In this document: positions 1 through 12,402 of the stretch, piece after piece | How positions within the stretch are numbered: the stretch's first letter is position 1 | How the letters are laid out: the number at the start of each line of letters is the position of its first letter | Source: Squalus acanthias | Lineage: Eukaryota | DNA length: 64,000 nucleotides | Direction: 5' to 3' | NCBI GenBank assembly: GCA_030390025.1 | Contig: CM059425.1 | Coordinates: 170,936,001-171,000,000, forward strand | Notes under the pieces: generated by a model | Told to the model about the DNA's origin: nothing | Database searches by the model: none | The model's input: only the letters and a program-made list of their open reading frames with translations | Translations under genes and position numbers: made by a program

Positions 1-114
1 AATGGTTACAGCACAGAAGGAGGCCATTCGGCCTGTCGAGCCCGTGCCGGCTCTCTGCAAGAGCACTTCAGCCAGTCCCACTCCCCCGCCCTTTCCCCTG
101 CAAATTTTTTCCCC

Positions 115-2904
115 TCAGGTACTTATCCAATTCCCTTTTGAAAGCCACGATTGAGTCTGTCTCCACCACCCTTTCAGGCAGTGCATTCCAGATCCTAACC
201 ACTCACTGTAAAAAAAGTTTTTCCTCTTGTCGCCTTTGGTTCTTTTACCAATCACCTTAAATCTGTGTCCTCTGGTTCTCGACCTTTCCGCCAATGGGAA
301 CAGTTTCTCTCTATCTACTCTGTCCAGACTCCTCATGATTTTGAACACCTCCATCAAATCTCCTCGCAACCTTCTCTGCTCTAAGGAGAACAACCCCAGC
401 TTCTCCAGTCTATCCTCGTAACTGAAGTCCCTCATCCCTGGAACCATTCTCGTAAATCTTTTCTGCACCCTCTCTAAGGCCTTCACATCCTCCCTAAAGT
501 GCGGTGCCCAGAATTGGCCACAATACTCCAGTTGAGGCCGAACCAGTGTTTTATAAAGGTTCATCATAACTTCCTTGCTTTTGTACTCTATGCCTCTATT
601 TATGAAGCCCAGTATCCCGTATGCTTTTTTAACCGCTTTCTCAACCTGCCCTGCCAACTTCAATGATTTGTGCACATATACCCCAAGGTCTCTCTGTTCA
701 TGCACCCCCTTTAGGATTGTACCCTTCAGTTTATATTGCCTCTCCTTGTTCTTCCTACCAAAATGTATCACTTCACACTTTTCTGCGTTAAATTTCATCT
801 GCCACGTGTCCGCTCATTTCACCAGCCTGTCTATGTCTTCTTGAAGACTATCACTATCCTCCTCACTGTTCACTATACTTCCAAGTTTAGTGTCATCTGC
901 AAATTTTGAAATTGTGCCCTGTACTCCCAAGTCCAAGTCATTAATATATATCAAGAAAAACATTGGTCCTAGTATCGACACCTGGGGAACACCACTTCCT
1001 CCAGTCCGAAAAACAACCATTCACCACTACTCTCTATTTCCTGTCACTTAGCCAATTTCAAATCCATTCTGCCACTGTCCCTTTTAATCTATGGGCTTCA
1101 ACTTTGCTGGCAAGCCTATTATGTGGCACTTTATCAAACGTCAACCGCATTGTCCTCATCAACACTCTCTGTTACCTCATCAAAAACTCGATCAAGTTAA
1201 ACACAATTTGCCTTTAACAAATCCGTGCTGGCTTTCCTTAATTAATCCACACTTGTCCAACTGATTGTTAATTTTGTCCCTGATTATCATTTCCAAAAGC
1301 TTCCCCACTACTGAGGTTAAACTGACTGACCTGTAATTGCTGGGTTTATCCTTACACCCTTTTTTGAACAAGGGTGTAACATTTGCAGTTCTCCAGTCCT
1401 CTGGCACCACCCCCGTCTCCAAAGAGGATTGGAAGATTATGGCCAGACCCACCACGATTTCCTCTTTAATTTCCCTTAGCATCCTAGGATGCATCCCATC
1501 CGGTCCTGGTGACTTGTCAACTTTAAGTTCAGATAGCCTTTCTAGTACCTCCTCCTTATCAATTTTTATCTCATCCAGTAACTCCACTACCCGCTCTTTC
1601 ACTATGACTTTGGCAGCATCTTCTTCCTTGGTGAAGACAGTTGTAAAGTACTCATTTAGTACCTCAGCTATGCCCTCTGCCTCTATGCATAGGTCTCATT
1701 TTTGGTCCCTAATTGCTCCCCCACCAACCTCCCCCCCTCCCCCCCCCCCCCCCACCAGCCTCTTACTACCCGTTTATTATTTATATGCCTATAGAAGACT
1801 TTTGAAATCCCTTCAATGTTAGCTGCCAATCTATTCTCATACTCCCTCTTTGCCTCTCTTATTTTCTTTTTTACTTCCCCTCTGAACTTTCTATATTCAG
1901 CCTGATTCTCACTTGTATTCTCAACCTGAGATCTGTCATAAGCCCCCTTTTTCTGCTTCATCTTACTCTCTATCTCTTTCATCATCCAGGGAGCTCTGGT
2001 TTTAGTTGCCCTACTTTCCCCCTAGTGGGAATGTACCTCGACTGTACCCGAACCATCTCCTCTTTAAAGGCAGCCCATTGTTCAATTACAGTTTTGCCTG
2101 CCAGTCTTTGATTCCAATTTACCTGGGCCAGATCCGTTATCAACCCATTGAAATTTGCCTTCCTCCAATTAAGTATTTTTACTCTCCCAGGATTGCTCCC
2201 TGTCCTTTTCCATAGCTAACCTACGATTCTGTGATCACTGTTCATTAAATGTTCCCCTACTGACACTTGCTCTACTTGACCCACCTCATTCCCCAGAACC
2301 AGATCCAGCAATGCCTCCTTCCTCGTTGGGCCGGAAACGTACTGATCAAGAAAGTTCTCCTGAACACACTTCAGAAATTCTTCCTCATCTCTGCCCTTTA
2401 CACTATTATTATCCCAATCTAGATTAGGATAATTGAAGTCCCCCATTATTACTTCGCTATAGTTCTTGCATCTCTCTGTAATTTCTCTGCAAATTTGCTC
2501 CTCTATATCTTTCCCATAGTTGGTGGCCTATAGAATATACCTAGTAGCGTAATGGCACCTCTATTATTTCTTAACTCCAACCAAATAGATTCTGTCCTTG
2601 ATCTCTCCAGGACATCCTTTCTCTCCAGCACTGAAACATTCTCCTTAACCAATACTGCCACCCCACCTCCATTCTTTCCTTCCCTATCTTGCCTGAACAT
2701 CTTATATCCAGGAATATTTAGTACCCAATCCTGCCCTTTTTTGAGCCAGATCTCCGTTATCGCCACAACATCATATTTCCATGTGGCTATTTGCGCCTGC
2801 AGCTCACCACCCTTATTTACTACGCTTCGTGCATTTACACACATGCACTGCAAACCTGTCTTAGATCTTCTTGTATTCTCTCTTAATCTGACCCCACGTA
2901 ACAC
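115..2904 (-). pseudogene. Disrupted ORF2 (APE endonuclease + reverse transcriptase) of element A
   Basis: Fragments with VNARS, GDFNYP, SDH, KSPGPDG, FADDTK, RPQLEYC motifs separated by stops, frameshifts and deletions. Confidence 0.92.
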
Positions 2905-3421
2905 TATTTCTTACTCTAGTGCTATCTGCCTCTCCCAATCCTTTGTGCACCTTGTTTCTCCTTTCTAATGCTACATCCTGGTGCCCATCCCCCTGCCAAA
3001 TTAGTTTAAACTCTCCCCAACAGCACTAGCAAACCCACCCTCCGCCCCCCCCCCCCCCCCCCCCCCCCCCCCGCCCGCCCCCCCACCCCCACCACCGCAA
3101 GGACATTGGTTCCGGCTCTGTTGAGGTGCAACCCGTCCGGCCTGTACAGGTCCCACCTCCCCCAGAACCGGCCCCAATGTCCTAGGAATCTCAAGCCCTC
3201 CCTCCTGCACCGTCTCTCCAGTCACGCGTTCATCTGCTCTATCCTCCTTTTTCTATACTCACGAGCTCGTGGCACTGGGAGTAATCCAGAGATTACTACC
3301 TTTAAGGTCCTGCTTTTTAATACATAGATACATAGATACATAGAAGATAGGAGCAGGAGTAGGCCATCCGGCCCTTCGAGCCTGCTCCGCCATTTAATGA
3401 GATCATGGCTGATCCTTCAAT

Positions 3422-6200
3422 TCAGTATCCCGTCCCCGCCTTCTCTCCGTAACCCTTAACCCCTTTTGCCTGTAGAAATATATCTAATTCCCTCTTAAAT
3501 ATATTTAATGAGCTGGCGTACACTGCCCTCTGTGGCAATGAGTTCCACAGGTTCACCACTCTCTGAGTGAAGAAATTCCCCCTCATTTCTGTCCTAAATG
3601 GTTTAGCCCTTATCCTTAAATTATGTCCTCTAGTTCTGTTCTCACCCGCCAAGGGAAACATTCCTTCTGCATCTAATCTGAGTCCCCTCTCAATCTTCTA
3701 AACTCCAGTGTGTACATCCCTAAACTACATAGTCTCTCCTCATAGGTCAATCCCGCCATTCCTGGTATCAGCCTGGTGAATCGCCGCTGCACCCCCTCCA
3801 TGGCAAGAACATCTTTCCTCAGATGAGGCGACCAAAACTGTACACAGTACTCGAGGTGTGGTCTCACCAGTGCCCTGTACAGCTGCAGCAAGGTATCCCT
3901 GTTCCTGTATTCCAACCCTTTTGCTATGAAGGCCAGCATACCGTTTGCCTTCTTGACCGCCTGTTGCACCTGCATGCTCGCCTTCAGTGACTGGTGTACA
4001 AGAACACCCAGGTCTCTCTGTACTTCCCCCTCTCCCAATTTATTGCCATTTAAATAATAATTTGCCCTCCCGTTCCTGCACCCAAGGTGGATAACTTCGC
4101 ACTTGTCCACATTATAGTGCATCTGCCATTTATCCGCCCAATCACCCAGTCTGTCCAAATCGCTCTGGAGCTTCCTGGTCTCCTCCTCTGAGCCCACCCC
4201 CCCTCCTAGTTTAGTGTCGTCTGCAAATTTGGAAATGCTGCATTCGACTCCCTGATCCAGGTCATTAATATAAATTGTGAACAGCTGGGGACCCAGGACA
4301 GATCCCTGCGGTACCCCACTTGTTACTGCCTGCCATTCAGAAAATGAGCCGTTTATTCCAACTCTCTGTTTTCTATCTGACAGCCAGTTCTCTATCCACG
4401 TCAATACTTTCCCCTTTATCCATGAGCTTCAATTTTCCATGCTAATCTTTTATGTGGGACCTTATCGAAGGCCTTTTGGAAGTCCAGGTACACCACATCT
4501 ACTGGCTCTCCCCCATCTATTTTACCAGTTACTCCCTCAAAAAATTCCAATAGATTAGTCAAGCACGATTTACCCTTTGTAAATCCATGTTGACTCTGTC
4601 CTATCCTGTCCCCATTTGCTAAGTGCTCGGCTATTTCATCCTTAATGATGGACTCCAGCATTTTGCCCACAACTGATGTAAGGCTTACAGGTCTGTAATT
4701 ACCTGCTTTTTCCCTACCCCCCTTTTTGAATAGTGGGGTAACGTTAGCTACCCTCCAATCCATGGGCACTGTTCCCGAGTCTAATGAATTCTGAAAAATC
4801 ATGCTTAGTGCATCCGCTATCTCTAGGGCCACCTCCTTCAGTACCCTAGGATGCATGTTATCAGGCCCTGGGGATTTGTCCGCCTTCAATCCCTTTAGCT
4901 TCCTTAACACCATATCCTTAGAGATATTGATTTGCGTCAGTTCCTCCTTTGCCAATGTCCCTATTTTTCCCGATATCCCAGGGAGGTTTTTTGTGTCTTC
5001 CTTCGTAAAGACTGACCCAAAGTATGCATTTAGTTGGTCTGCCATTTCCTTATTTCCCATTATATATTCCCCCGTATCTGACTGCAATGGACCAACTTGG
5101 TTTTCACCAGTCTTTTCCTCTTGATATACTTATAAAAGCTTTTGGAGTTAGTTTTTATATTTTCCGCCAGCTTGCTTTCGTAAGCTATTTTGCCCTTCTT
5201 GATTAAGCCCTTTGCCCTCCTTTGCTCTATCTTAAACTGTTCCCAATCTTCCGCTCTGGCGCGTTTTTTGGCTATTTTATACGCCCTATCTTTGGATTTT
5301 ATGCTGTCTCTAATTTCCCCTGTTATCCACGGTTGAGTCACCTTTTTAGATTTCCTTTTATGCCAGATTGGTATAAACAATTTTTGCAATTTTGTCATTC
5401 TATCTTTAAATGCTTGCCATTGTTTATCTACCTCCAGTCCTCCCAGGAACGTTGTCCAATCAGACCTACTCAGTTCCCGTCTAATGGCATCATAATTCCC
5501 CTTGTTTAAATTCAGGACCTGAGTCTCTGAGTCAATTTCTTCGCTCTCCATTTCGAGTGAGAAATCGATCATGTTATGATCGCTCTGACCCAAGGGTCCC
5601 CGTACAACAAGATTACTAATTAGTCCCTTCTCATTGCACAGTACCCAGTCCAATATAGCCTGTTCCCGAGTTGGTTCCTCGACATATTGATCCAGATAAC
5701 CATCCCTTAAACACTCAAGGAATTCCTCCTCCTCATTATTTTTACTGATTAGGCTAGTCCAATCTATATGTAAGTTAAAGTCACCTATGATGACAGCTGT
5801 GCTCTTATTGCACGCTTCTCTAATTTCCCTCGTGATGCCCTCCCCAACCTCTATTTTACTATTTGGAGGCCTATATACCACTCCTATTAATGTTTTTCGC
5901 CCCTCGCTATTTCTTAGCTCCACCCATATAGATTCTGTATTAACTGAGTTAATATCCTTCCTTTCAATTGCATTTATCCCCTCTTTTACCAGCAATGCTA
6001 CCCCTCCTCCCTTTCTTTTTTGTCGATCCTTCCTAAATACTGAATACCCCTGTATGTTAAGCTCCCAGCCCTGCTCACCCTGCAACCATGTTTCCGTAAT
6101 CCCAATTAGATCATAATTATTCACCTCTATTTCCACAGCTAATTCATCTACCTTGTTCCTGATGCTTCTCGCATTAAGGTATAAAACCCTCAGGCTTTTT
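3422..6200 (-). pseudogene. ORF2 (EN-RT) of element B broken by about three frameshifts
   Basis: ORFs 5060-6136, 4416-5087, 3673-4404 and 3422-3661 carry consecutive ETW/GDFN/SDH, KSPGPD, QGSVLGP/FADD and C-terminal motifs. Confidence 0.92.
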
Positions 6201-6327
6201 TTATGCTCACATTTTTTATGAATTAGTTTGGCCCTTTGTTTTTTGTTCCTCTCCTTTTTACCATTTATTTCTGTCTGCCTTTCACTTTCCTCTATTTCAC
6301 TACATGGGTTTCTAGCCCCCTGCCATA

Positions 6328-7275
6328 CTAGTTTAAATGCTCCCGAACTGCTTTATCAAAATTTACCCCGAGAACATCAGTTCCATCTTTGCACAGGTGT
6401 AGACCGTCCCTTTTGTATAGGTCACACCTACCACAAAACTGGTCCCAATGCCTCAAAAATTTAAAACCCTCCCTCTTACACCACTGCTCAAGCCACGTAT
6501 TTAGCCTAACTATCCTGTTCTCTGTACTCTTACTAGCACGTGGCACTGGTAGTAATCCAGAGATTACTACCTTCGAGGTCCTACTTTTTAGCTTGGCTCC
6601 TAACTCCCTAAATTCTACTTGTAGGACCTCTTCCCTTTTTTTAGCTACGTCGTTGGTACCAACATGTATCACGACAACTGGCTGTTCCCCCTCCCCCTCC
6701 AGAATGTTCTGCACCCGTGCCGAGACATCCTTGACCCTTGCACCAGGGAGGCAAATTACCATCCTGGAGTCTCGGTCGCGACCACAGAAACTCCTATCTA
6801 ATCCCCTTACAATCGAATCCCCTATTACTATAGCCCTGCCACTCTTTTTCCCTCCCTTCTTTGCAACAGAGCCAGTCATGGTGCCATGAGCCTGGCTGCT
6901 GGTGCCTTCCCCCGATGAGTCATCCCCCCCGACAACAGCACCTAAGGCGGTGAACCTGTTGCTGAGGGAGACAACCCCAGGGGATTCCTGCACTACCTTC
7001 CTGCCCTTGCTCTGCCTTTTGGTCACCCATGTACTATCTACTCTGGCCTTAACCTGCGGTGTGACCAACTCACTAAATGTGCTATTCACAACCCTCTCAG
7101 AATCGTGGATGCTCCAAAGTGAGTCCATCCGCAGCTCAAGGGCCGTCATGCGGTCCCACATGAGCTGCAGCTGGACACACTTCCCGCACACATGGTTGTC
7201 AGGGACACAGGAAGCGTCCATGATTTCCCACATGTTACAGGAGGAGCATGACACAGGTCCGAGCTCTACTGCCAT
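6328..7275 (-). CDS. CR1 ORF1p of element B (Zn-finger, coiled coil, SGNH/GDSL esterase-like), intact 315 aa
   Basis: CSSC...HVCGKC, heptad region, SGNH blocks GDS, PGA, HVGTND, DGLH. Confidence 0.9.
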   Translation of the reverse strand: MAVELGPVSCSSCNMWEIMDASCVPDNHVCGKCVQLQLMWDRMTALELRMDSLWSIHDSERVVNSTFSELVTPQVKARVDSTWVTKRQSKGRKVVQESPGVVSLSNRFTALGAVVGGDDSSGEGTSSQAHGTMTGSVAKKGGKKSGRAIVIGDSIVRGLDRSFCGRDRDSRMVICLPGARVKDVSARVQNILEGEGEQPVVVIHVGTNDVAKKREEVLQVEFRELGAKLKSRTSKVVISGLLPVPRASKSTENRIVRLNTWLEQWCKREGFKFLRHWDQFCGRCDLYKRDGLHLCKDGTDVLGVNFDKAVREHLN

Positions 7276-7681
7276 GACTTAACCCTTATATTACTTATTA
7301 ATTTTCTAGTTTTAGTTTATTTATTGACTTTTGTTTTCCCGAAGCTTACTTAGACCAATGTATACTGTACTCCTCTTATTCCTTTTTAAACTAACCAAAT
7401 CGCACTAGTTTTAGTTGTACTTTCTAGGAAGGTTTGAGGAAAGTACTTACCAGTTAGTCTTACCTCCCTGGTCTTTCGCTGACTTCCCGGTCTTGTGTCC
7501 CCTTGGTCCTACGCCGACTTCCCGCTCCTCCCGGTTCCTGCTCTGCTGAAAAGAAACTGAGACCAAAAAATTTGTGACCTCTGTTTTTAGACTGCTAAAA
7601 GACTACTAGGTTAGAGGAGGAGGGCGGGTGGGGGTTCCTACTCTGTAGGAACTCGGGTTTAAGCCACCACCCTCCTTAAAT

Positions 7682-7925
7682 GCCGCTCCAACCAGGTCCG
7701 CTCCTCCTTCCCCGCTGCCGACCGCTCTGTGGGAGAAAAAGAAAGAAAGGCTCCTCCTCCGCCGCTGTCGACGCTGGTCTGAGGCCTACCTGAGCCTCGG
7801 GGCTCCCTTTATCGACTCGCCGCCGCTCCCGCCGCTCCAACCAGGTCCGCTCCTCCTTCCCCGCTGCCGACCGCTCTGTGGGAGAAAAAGAAAGAAAGGC
7901 TCCTCCTCCGCCGCTGTCGACGCTG
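7682..7925 (-). repeat. 149-bp tandem monomer (about 1.6 copies) in the 5' UTR of element B
   Basis: 7682-7776 is repeated at 7831-7925. Confidence 0.9.
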
Positions 7926-8174
7926 ATCATTTTATTAGCTCCCTAAAATCTGCCTGCAGGACCTCATCCCTTTTTCTACCTATGTCGTTGGTACTGATAT
8001 GGACCACGACCTCTGGCTGTTCATCCTCCCCCCTCAGAATGTTCTGCAGCTGCTCAGTGACATCTTTGACCCTGGCACCAGGGAGGCAACATACCATCCT
8101 GGAATCACGTCTGTGGCCGCAGAAACGCCTGTCTGCTCCCCTAACTATCGAATCCCCTACCACTATTGCCTTCT

Positions 8175-11100
8175 CATAAGAACATAAGAACATAAGAACA
8201 TAAGAAATAGGAGCAGGAGTAGGCCAATCGGCCCCTCGAGCCTGCTCCGCCATTCAATAAGATCATGGCTGATCTGATCCTAACCGCCAATCTACTATCT
8301 ATCACAGAACCATCTCCTGCATCTAACAGAATTGCACACACGAAATAGGAGCAGAATCAGGCTACACAGTCCCTGGGCCCGCTCCACTACCCACAGGGCC
8401 ATGACCGATCCGAACCTAGACTCATGTCCAAATTCCTGCCCGCTCCCCGTAACCCTTAATGCCCTTTACTTCTAGGAAACTGTCTATTTCTGTTTTAAAT
8501 TTAATTAATGTTGTAGCTTCTACAGCTTTTTGTGGCAGCATATTCCATGGACCTACCACCCTCTGAGTGAAGTAGTTCCTCCTCATCTCAGTTTTGAAAG
8601 AGCAGCCCCTTATTCTAAGACTATGTCCCCTAGTTCTCGTCTCACCCGTCATCGGGAACATCCTCCCCGCATCCACCCGATCCAACCCCTTCACAATCTT
8701 ATATGTTTCAATAAGATCGCCTCTCATTCTTCTGAACTCCAATGAGTAGAGTCCCAATCTACCCAACCTCTCCTCATATGACCACCCCCTCATCCCCGGG
8801 ATTAACCGAGTGAACCTTTTTTGCACTGCCTCGAGAGCAAGGATGTCTTTCCTTAAGTAAGGACACCAAAACTGTATGCAGTATTCCAGGTGCGGTCTCA
8901 CCAATACCTTGTACAACTGAAGCAATACCTCCCTATTTTTATATTCTATCCCCCTAGCAATGAAAGCCAACATTCCATTTGCCTTCTTAATCACTTGCTG
9001 CACCTGCATACTAACCTTTTGAGTTTCGTGCACCAGGACCCCCAGATCCCTTTGCACTTCAGTACTCTCCAGTTTCTTGCCATTAAGATAATAAATTGCT
9101 CTAGGATTTTTCCTGCCAAAGTGCATCACCTCACACTTTCCAGTGTTGTATTCCATCTGCCAAATCTCTGCCCACTTACTTAGCCTGTCTATGTCCCCTT
9201 GCAGGTTTTTTATGTCCTCCTCACTCACTACTTTCCCTCCCATCTTTGTATCATCTGCAAATTTTGATATGTTACACTTGGTCCCTTCCTCCAAATCGTT
9301 AATATAGATTGTGAAGAGTTGGGGACCCAGCACTGACCCCTGTGGAACACCACTAGTTACTGATTGCCAGTCTGAGAATGAACCATTTATCCCAACTCTT
9401 TGCTTTCTGTTAGATAGCCAATCCTCTATCCATGCCAGAATATTACCCCCAATCCCGTGATTTTTTACCTTAAGCAATAATCTTTTGTGTGGCACCTTGT
9501 CAAATGCCTTTTGGAAGTCTAAATACACTACGTCCACTGGTTCCCCTTTATCCACTCTATATGTTACTTCCTCAAAGAACTCCAGCAAATTTGTCAAACA
9601 TGACTTCCCCTTCGTAAAACCATGCTGACTTTGTCCTATTAAATTATGATTATCCAAATGTCCTGTTACTGTTTCCTTAATAATGGACTCCAAAATTTTA
9701 CCTACCACAGATGTTAGGCTAACCGGTCTATAGTTACCAGCCTTCTGTCTACTGCCCTTTTTAAATAAGGGTGTTACATTAGCAGTTTTCCAGTCTGCCG
9801 GGACCTTAGCGGAATCCAGGGAGTTTTGAAAAATTATTACCAATGCATCTACAATCCCTACCGCCACTTCCTTCAAGACTCTAGGATGTAAGCCATCAGG
9901 TCCAGGTGATTTATCCGCCTTGAGTCCCATTATTTTACCGAGTACCACTTCCTTAGTGATTTTGATCGTGTTTAGCTCCTCTCCCCCTATAGCCCCCTGT
10001 TTGTCCAGTGTTGGGATATTCTTAGTGTCCTCTACTGTAAAGACTGATACAAAATATTCATTCAGTGTTTTTGCCATCTCCATATTTCCCACCATTAATT
10101 TCCCGGTCTCATCCTCTAAGGGACCAACATTTACTTTAGCCACCCTTTTTCTTTTTATATAACTATAAAAACTCTTACTATCTGTTTTTATATTTTTTGC
10201 TAATTTACTTTCATAATCTATCTTCCCTTTCTTAATCAATCTTTTTGTTATTTTTTGCTGCCTTTTAAAGTTTTCCCAATCCTCTGTCCTCCCACTAGAT
10301 TTCGCTACCTTATATGCCCTTGTTTTTAGTCGAATACTATCCTTAATTTCTTTACTTAGCCACGGATGACTGTCCTTTCTTTTACACCCTTTTCTTTTCA
10401 GTGGAATATATTTTTTTTGGAAGTTGTAAAATAACTCCTTGAATGTACACCACTGATCATGTGTCGTCTTACCCTTTAATCTATTTTCCCAATCCACTCT
10501 ACTCAATTCCGCTCGCATACCTTCATAGTCTCCTTTATTCAAGCTTAGCACGCTTGTTTGAGATCCAACCTTCTCACCCTCTAATTGAATATGGAATTCA
10601 ACCATGTTATGGTCACTCATTCCAAGGGGATCCTTTACTAGGACATTTTTAATTAATCCTGTCTCGTTACACAGGACCAGATCTAAGGTTGCTTGCCCCC
10701 TGGTCGGTTCAGTTACATACTGCTCAAGAAACCCATCCCTAATACACTCAATGAACTCATCCTCAAGGCAGCCCTGCCCCATTTGATTTGTCCAATTAAT
10801 ATGATAGTTAAAATCCCCCATAATTATAGATGTTCCCTTATTACATGCCTCAACTATTTCCTGATTGATACTCCGTCCAATAGAGTTGCAACTGTTCGGA
10901 GGCCTATAGACTACGCCCACTAATGTTTTTTTCCCCTTATTATTCCTTATCTCCACCCAAACTGTTTCATTATCATGATTTTTTGACCCAATATCATTAC
11001 TCTGTATTACAGTGATTCCTTCCTTTATTAACATAGCCACCCCACCTCCCCTTCCTTCCTGCCTGTCCTTCCTGATCGTTAAATAACCTGGTATGTTTAA

Positions 11101-11574
11101 TTCCCAGGCATTGTCACCCTGCAGCCATGTTTCTGCAATGGCCACAATATCATAACCATATGTAGTTATTTGTGCCATTAACTCGTCTATTTTGTTACGA
11201 ATGCTACGTGCATTCAGATAGAGAACTTTCAAATATGCTTTGTGGCACTTAGTTCCTGCTTTTTCACTTTTTACCAGTTTACCTTTTACTCCACACACTC
11301 TGTCCCTTCCTGCCACGCTCTGATTTGTGATTCCCCTACTGCTACCTATGTCTATGACCCTCTCTGTTGTCATTTTTATTTTTTGCTCTCTTGAAACCTC
11401 CCCCCCACTAATTAGTTTAAAGCCCTCTCCACAGCCCTAGTTATTCGATTCGCCAGGACACTAGTCCCAGCACTGGCCAAGTGAAGTCCGTCCCAACGGA
11501 ACAGCTCTCTCCTGCCCCAGTACTGGTGCCAGTGTCCCAAGAAGCAAAACCCATTTTTCCCACACCAGTCTTTC
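8175..11574 (-). mobile_element. CR1 LINE family C copy 1, 5'-truncated within ORF1, complete ORF2
   Basis: (cataagaa)n tail at 8175-8206; ORF1 C-terminus at 11412-11574; ttctc at both junctions. Confidence 0.95.
8422..11373 (-). CDS. Intact CR1 ORF2p (APE endonuclease + reverse transcriptase), 983 aa
   Basis: Uninterrupted ORF with LNARS, ETW, YRPP, GDFN, SDH, QGSVLGP, FADD. Confidence 0.95.
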   Translation of the reverse strand: MTTERVIDIGSSRGITNQSVAGRDRVCGVKGKLVKSEKAGTKCHKAYLKVLYLNARSIRNKIDELMAQITTYGYDIVAIAETWLQGDNAWELNIPGYLTIRKDRQEGRGGGVAMLIKEGITVIQSNDIGSKNHDNETVWVEIRNNKGKKTLVGVVYRPPNSCNSIGRSINQEIVEACNKGTSIIMGDFNYHINWTNQMGQGCLEDEFIECIRDGFLEQYVTEPTRGQATLDLVLCNETGLIKNVLVKDPLGMSDHNMVEFHIQLEGEKVGSQTSVLSLNKGDYEGMRAELSRVDWENRLKGKTTHDQWCTFKELFYNFQKKYIPLKRKGCKRKDSHPWLSKEIKDSIRLKTRAYKVAKSSGRTEDWENFKRQQKITKRLIKKGKIDYESKLAKNIKTDSKSFYSYIKRKRVAKVNVGPLEDETGKLMVGNMEMAKTLNEYFVSVFTVEDTKNIPTLDKQGAIGGEELNTIKITKEVVLGKIMGLKADKSPGPDGLHPRVLKEVAVGIVDALVIIFQNSLDSAKVPADWKTANVTPLFKKGSRQKAGNYRPVSLTSVVGKILESIIKETVTGHLDNHNLIGQSQHGFTKGKSCLTNLLEFFEEVTYRVDKGEPVDVVYLDFQKAFDKVPHKRLLLKVKNHGIGGNILAWIEDWLSNRKQRVGINGSFSDWQSVTSGVPQGSVLGPQLFTIYINDLEEGTKCNISKFADDTKMGGKVVSEEDIKNLQGDIDRLSKWAEIWQMEYNTGKCEVMHFGRKNPRAIYYLNGKKLESTEVQRDLGVLVHETQKVSMQVQQVIKKANGMLAFIARGIEYKNREVLLQLYKVLVRPHLEYCIQFWCPYLRKDILALEAVQKRFTRLIPGMRGWSYEERLGRLGLYSLEFRRMRGDLIETYKIVKGLDRVDAGRMFPMTGETRTRGHSLRIRGCSFKTEMRRNYFTQRVVGPWNMLPQKAVEATTLIKFKTEIDSFLEVKGIKGYGERAGIWT

Positions 11575-11843
11575 TCGATCTTCCTCCTCCCCCCCACCCC
11601 CCATACAGCTGAGCCACCCGTGGTGCCATGGCCTTGGCTCCGGCTGTACTCCCCAGAGGAACCATCGCCCTCACCAGTATACTGGTTGGAGAGCGAGATG
11701 CATTCAGGGGACTCCTGCACTACCTGCCTGGTCCTCCTTGTCTGTCTGATGGTCACCCATTCCCTCTCTACCTGCACACTCTTATGCTGCGGGGTGACCA
11801 CCTCCTGAAATGTGCTATCCACGTAGCTCTCAGCCTCATGGAT

Positions 11844-12402
11844 GAGGGCAGTGCTGCCCAATGTCGAGGGCAGTGCTGCCCGAATGGCGGCTCCTTCCCT
11901 CCCTTAAAGGGAGAGCCATCGCTGCAGGCTCTGCATTGAAACGAGGTCCCTCATTGCTGACGGCAGCCGCGATCCAACACGATCAGCCCCAATCACTCCA
12001 GCAGATTACAGAGCTGATCGATCGCGGGCGAAGAAAATGCTGAAAAATGGACATACGGCATTAAGCAAACATTTTTTGTCACGCAACCATCATCACCTTT
12101 AAATAGCGCTCCCCAAGCGGCCGGCCTCCCTGACAACGCTTCCTGCAGCTGTCGGTGTTGTTGCCCGGCGATGCTGCAGGGGGCGGATCCGAATTTCGGG
12201 TCCAGGGCGATGCGCAGCACGATGACATCACGATCTCCGGGTGCAGGAGATCGTGGCGCTAGGGGTTACCGCTGCCACAAACCTCAACGGGAATTTCACG
12301 TGCGTCGATACCCTCTCCGCGCCCGGTCACGAAGCCAGTAGCGCCCCATTATCGCCCCCCGGAGGCGCTAACGGGAGGCGCAAAGGAGGTGAATTTCTCC
12401 CC
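11844..12402. mobile_element. PIF/Harbinger-type MITE remnant lacking its left end
   Basis: Right terminus gaatttctcccc followed by TAA; 12095-12402 resembles the right arm of the elements at 15146, 25604 and 26772. Confidence 0.75.

Larger units (their letters stand above)
3322..7929 (-). mobile_element. CR1 LINE element B, near full length, inserted in ORF1 of A
   Basis: (catagata)n tail at 3322-3345, ORF2, intact ORF1, 5' UTR; host ORF1 resumes at about 7930. Confidence 0.92.

Noticed and set aside
1731..3090. Poly-C tracts giving poly-Pro/poly-Gly ORFs (also G runs at 14766 and 22611)
   Set aside because: Homopolymer expansions inside decayed elements; lengths unreliable
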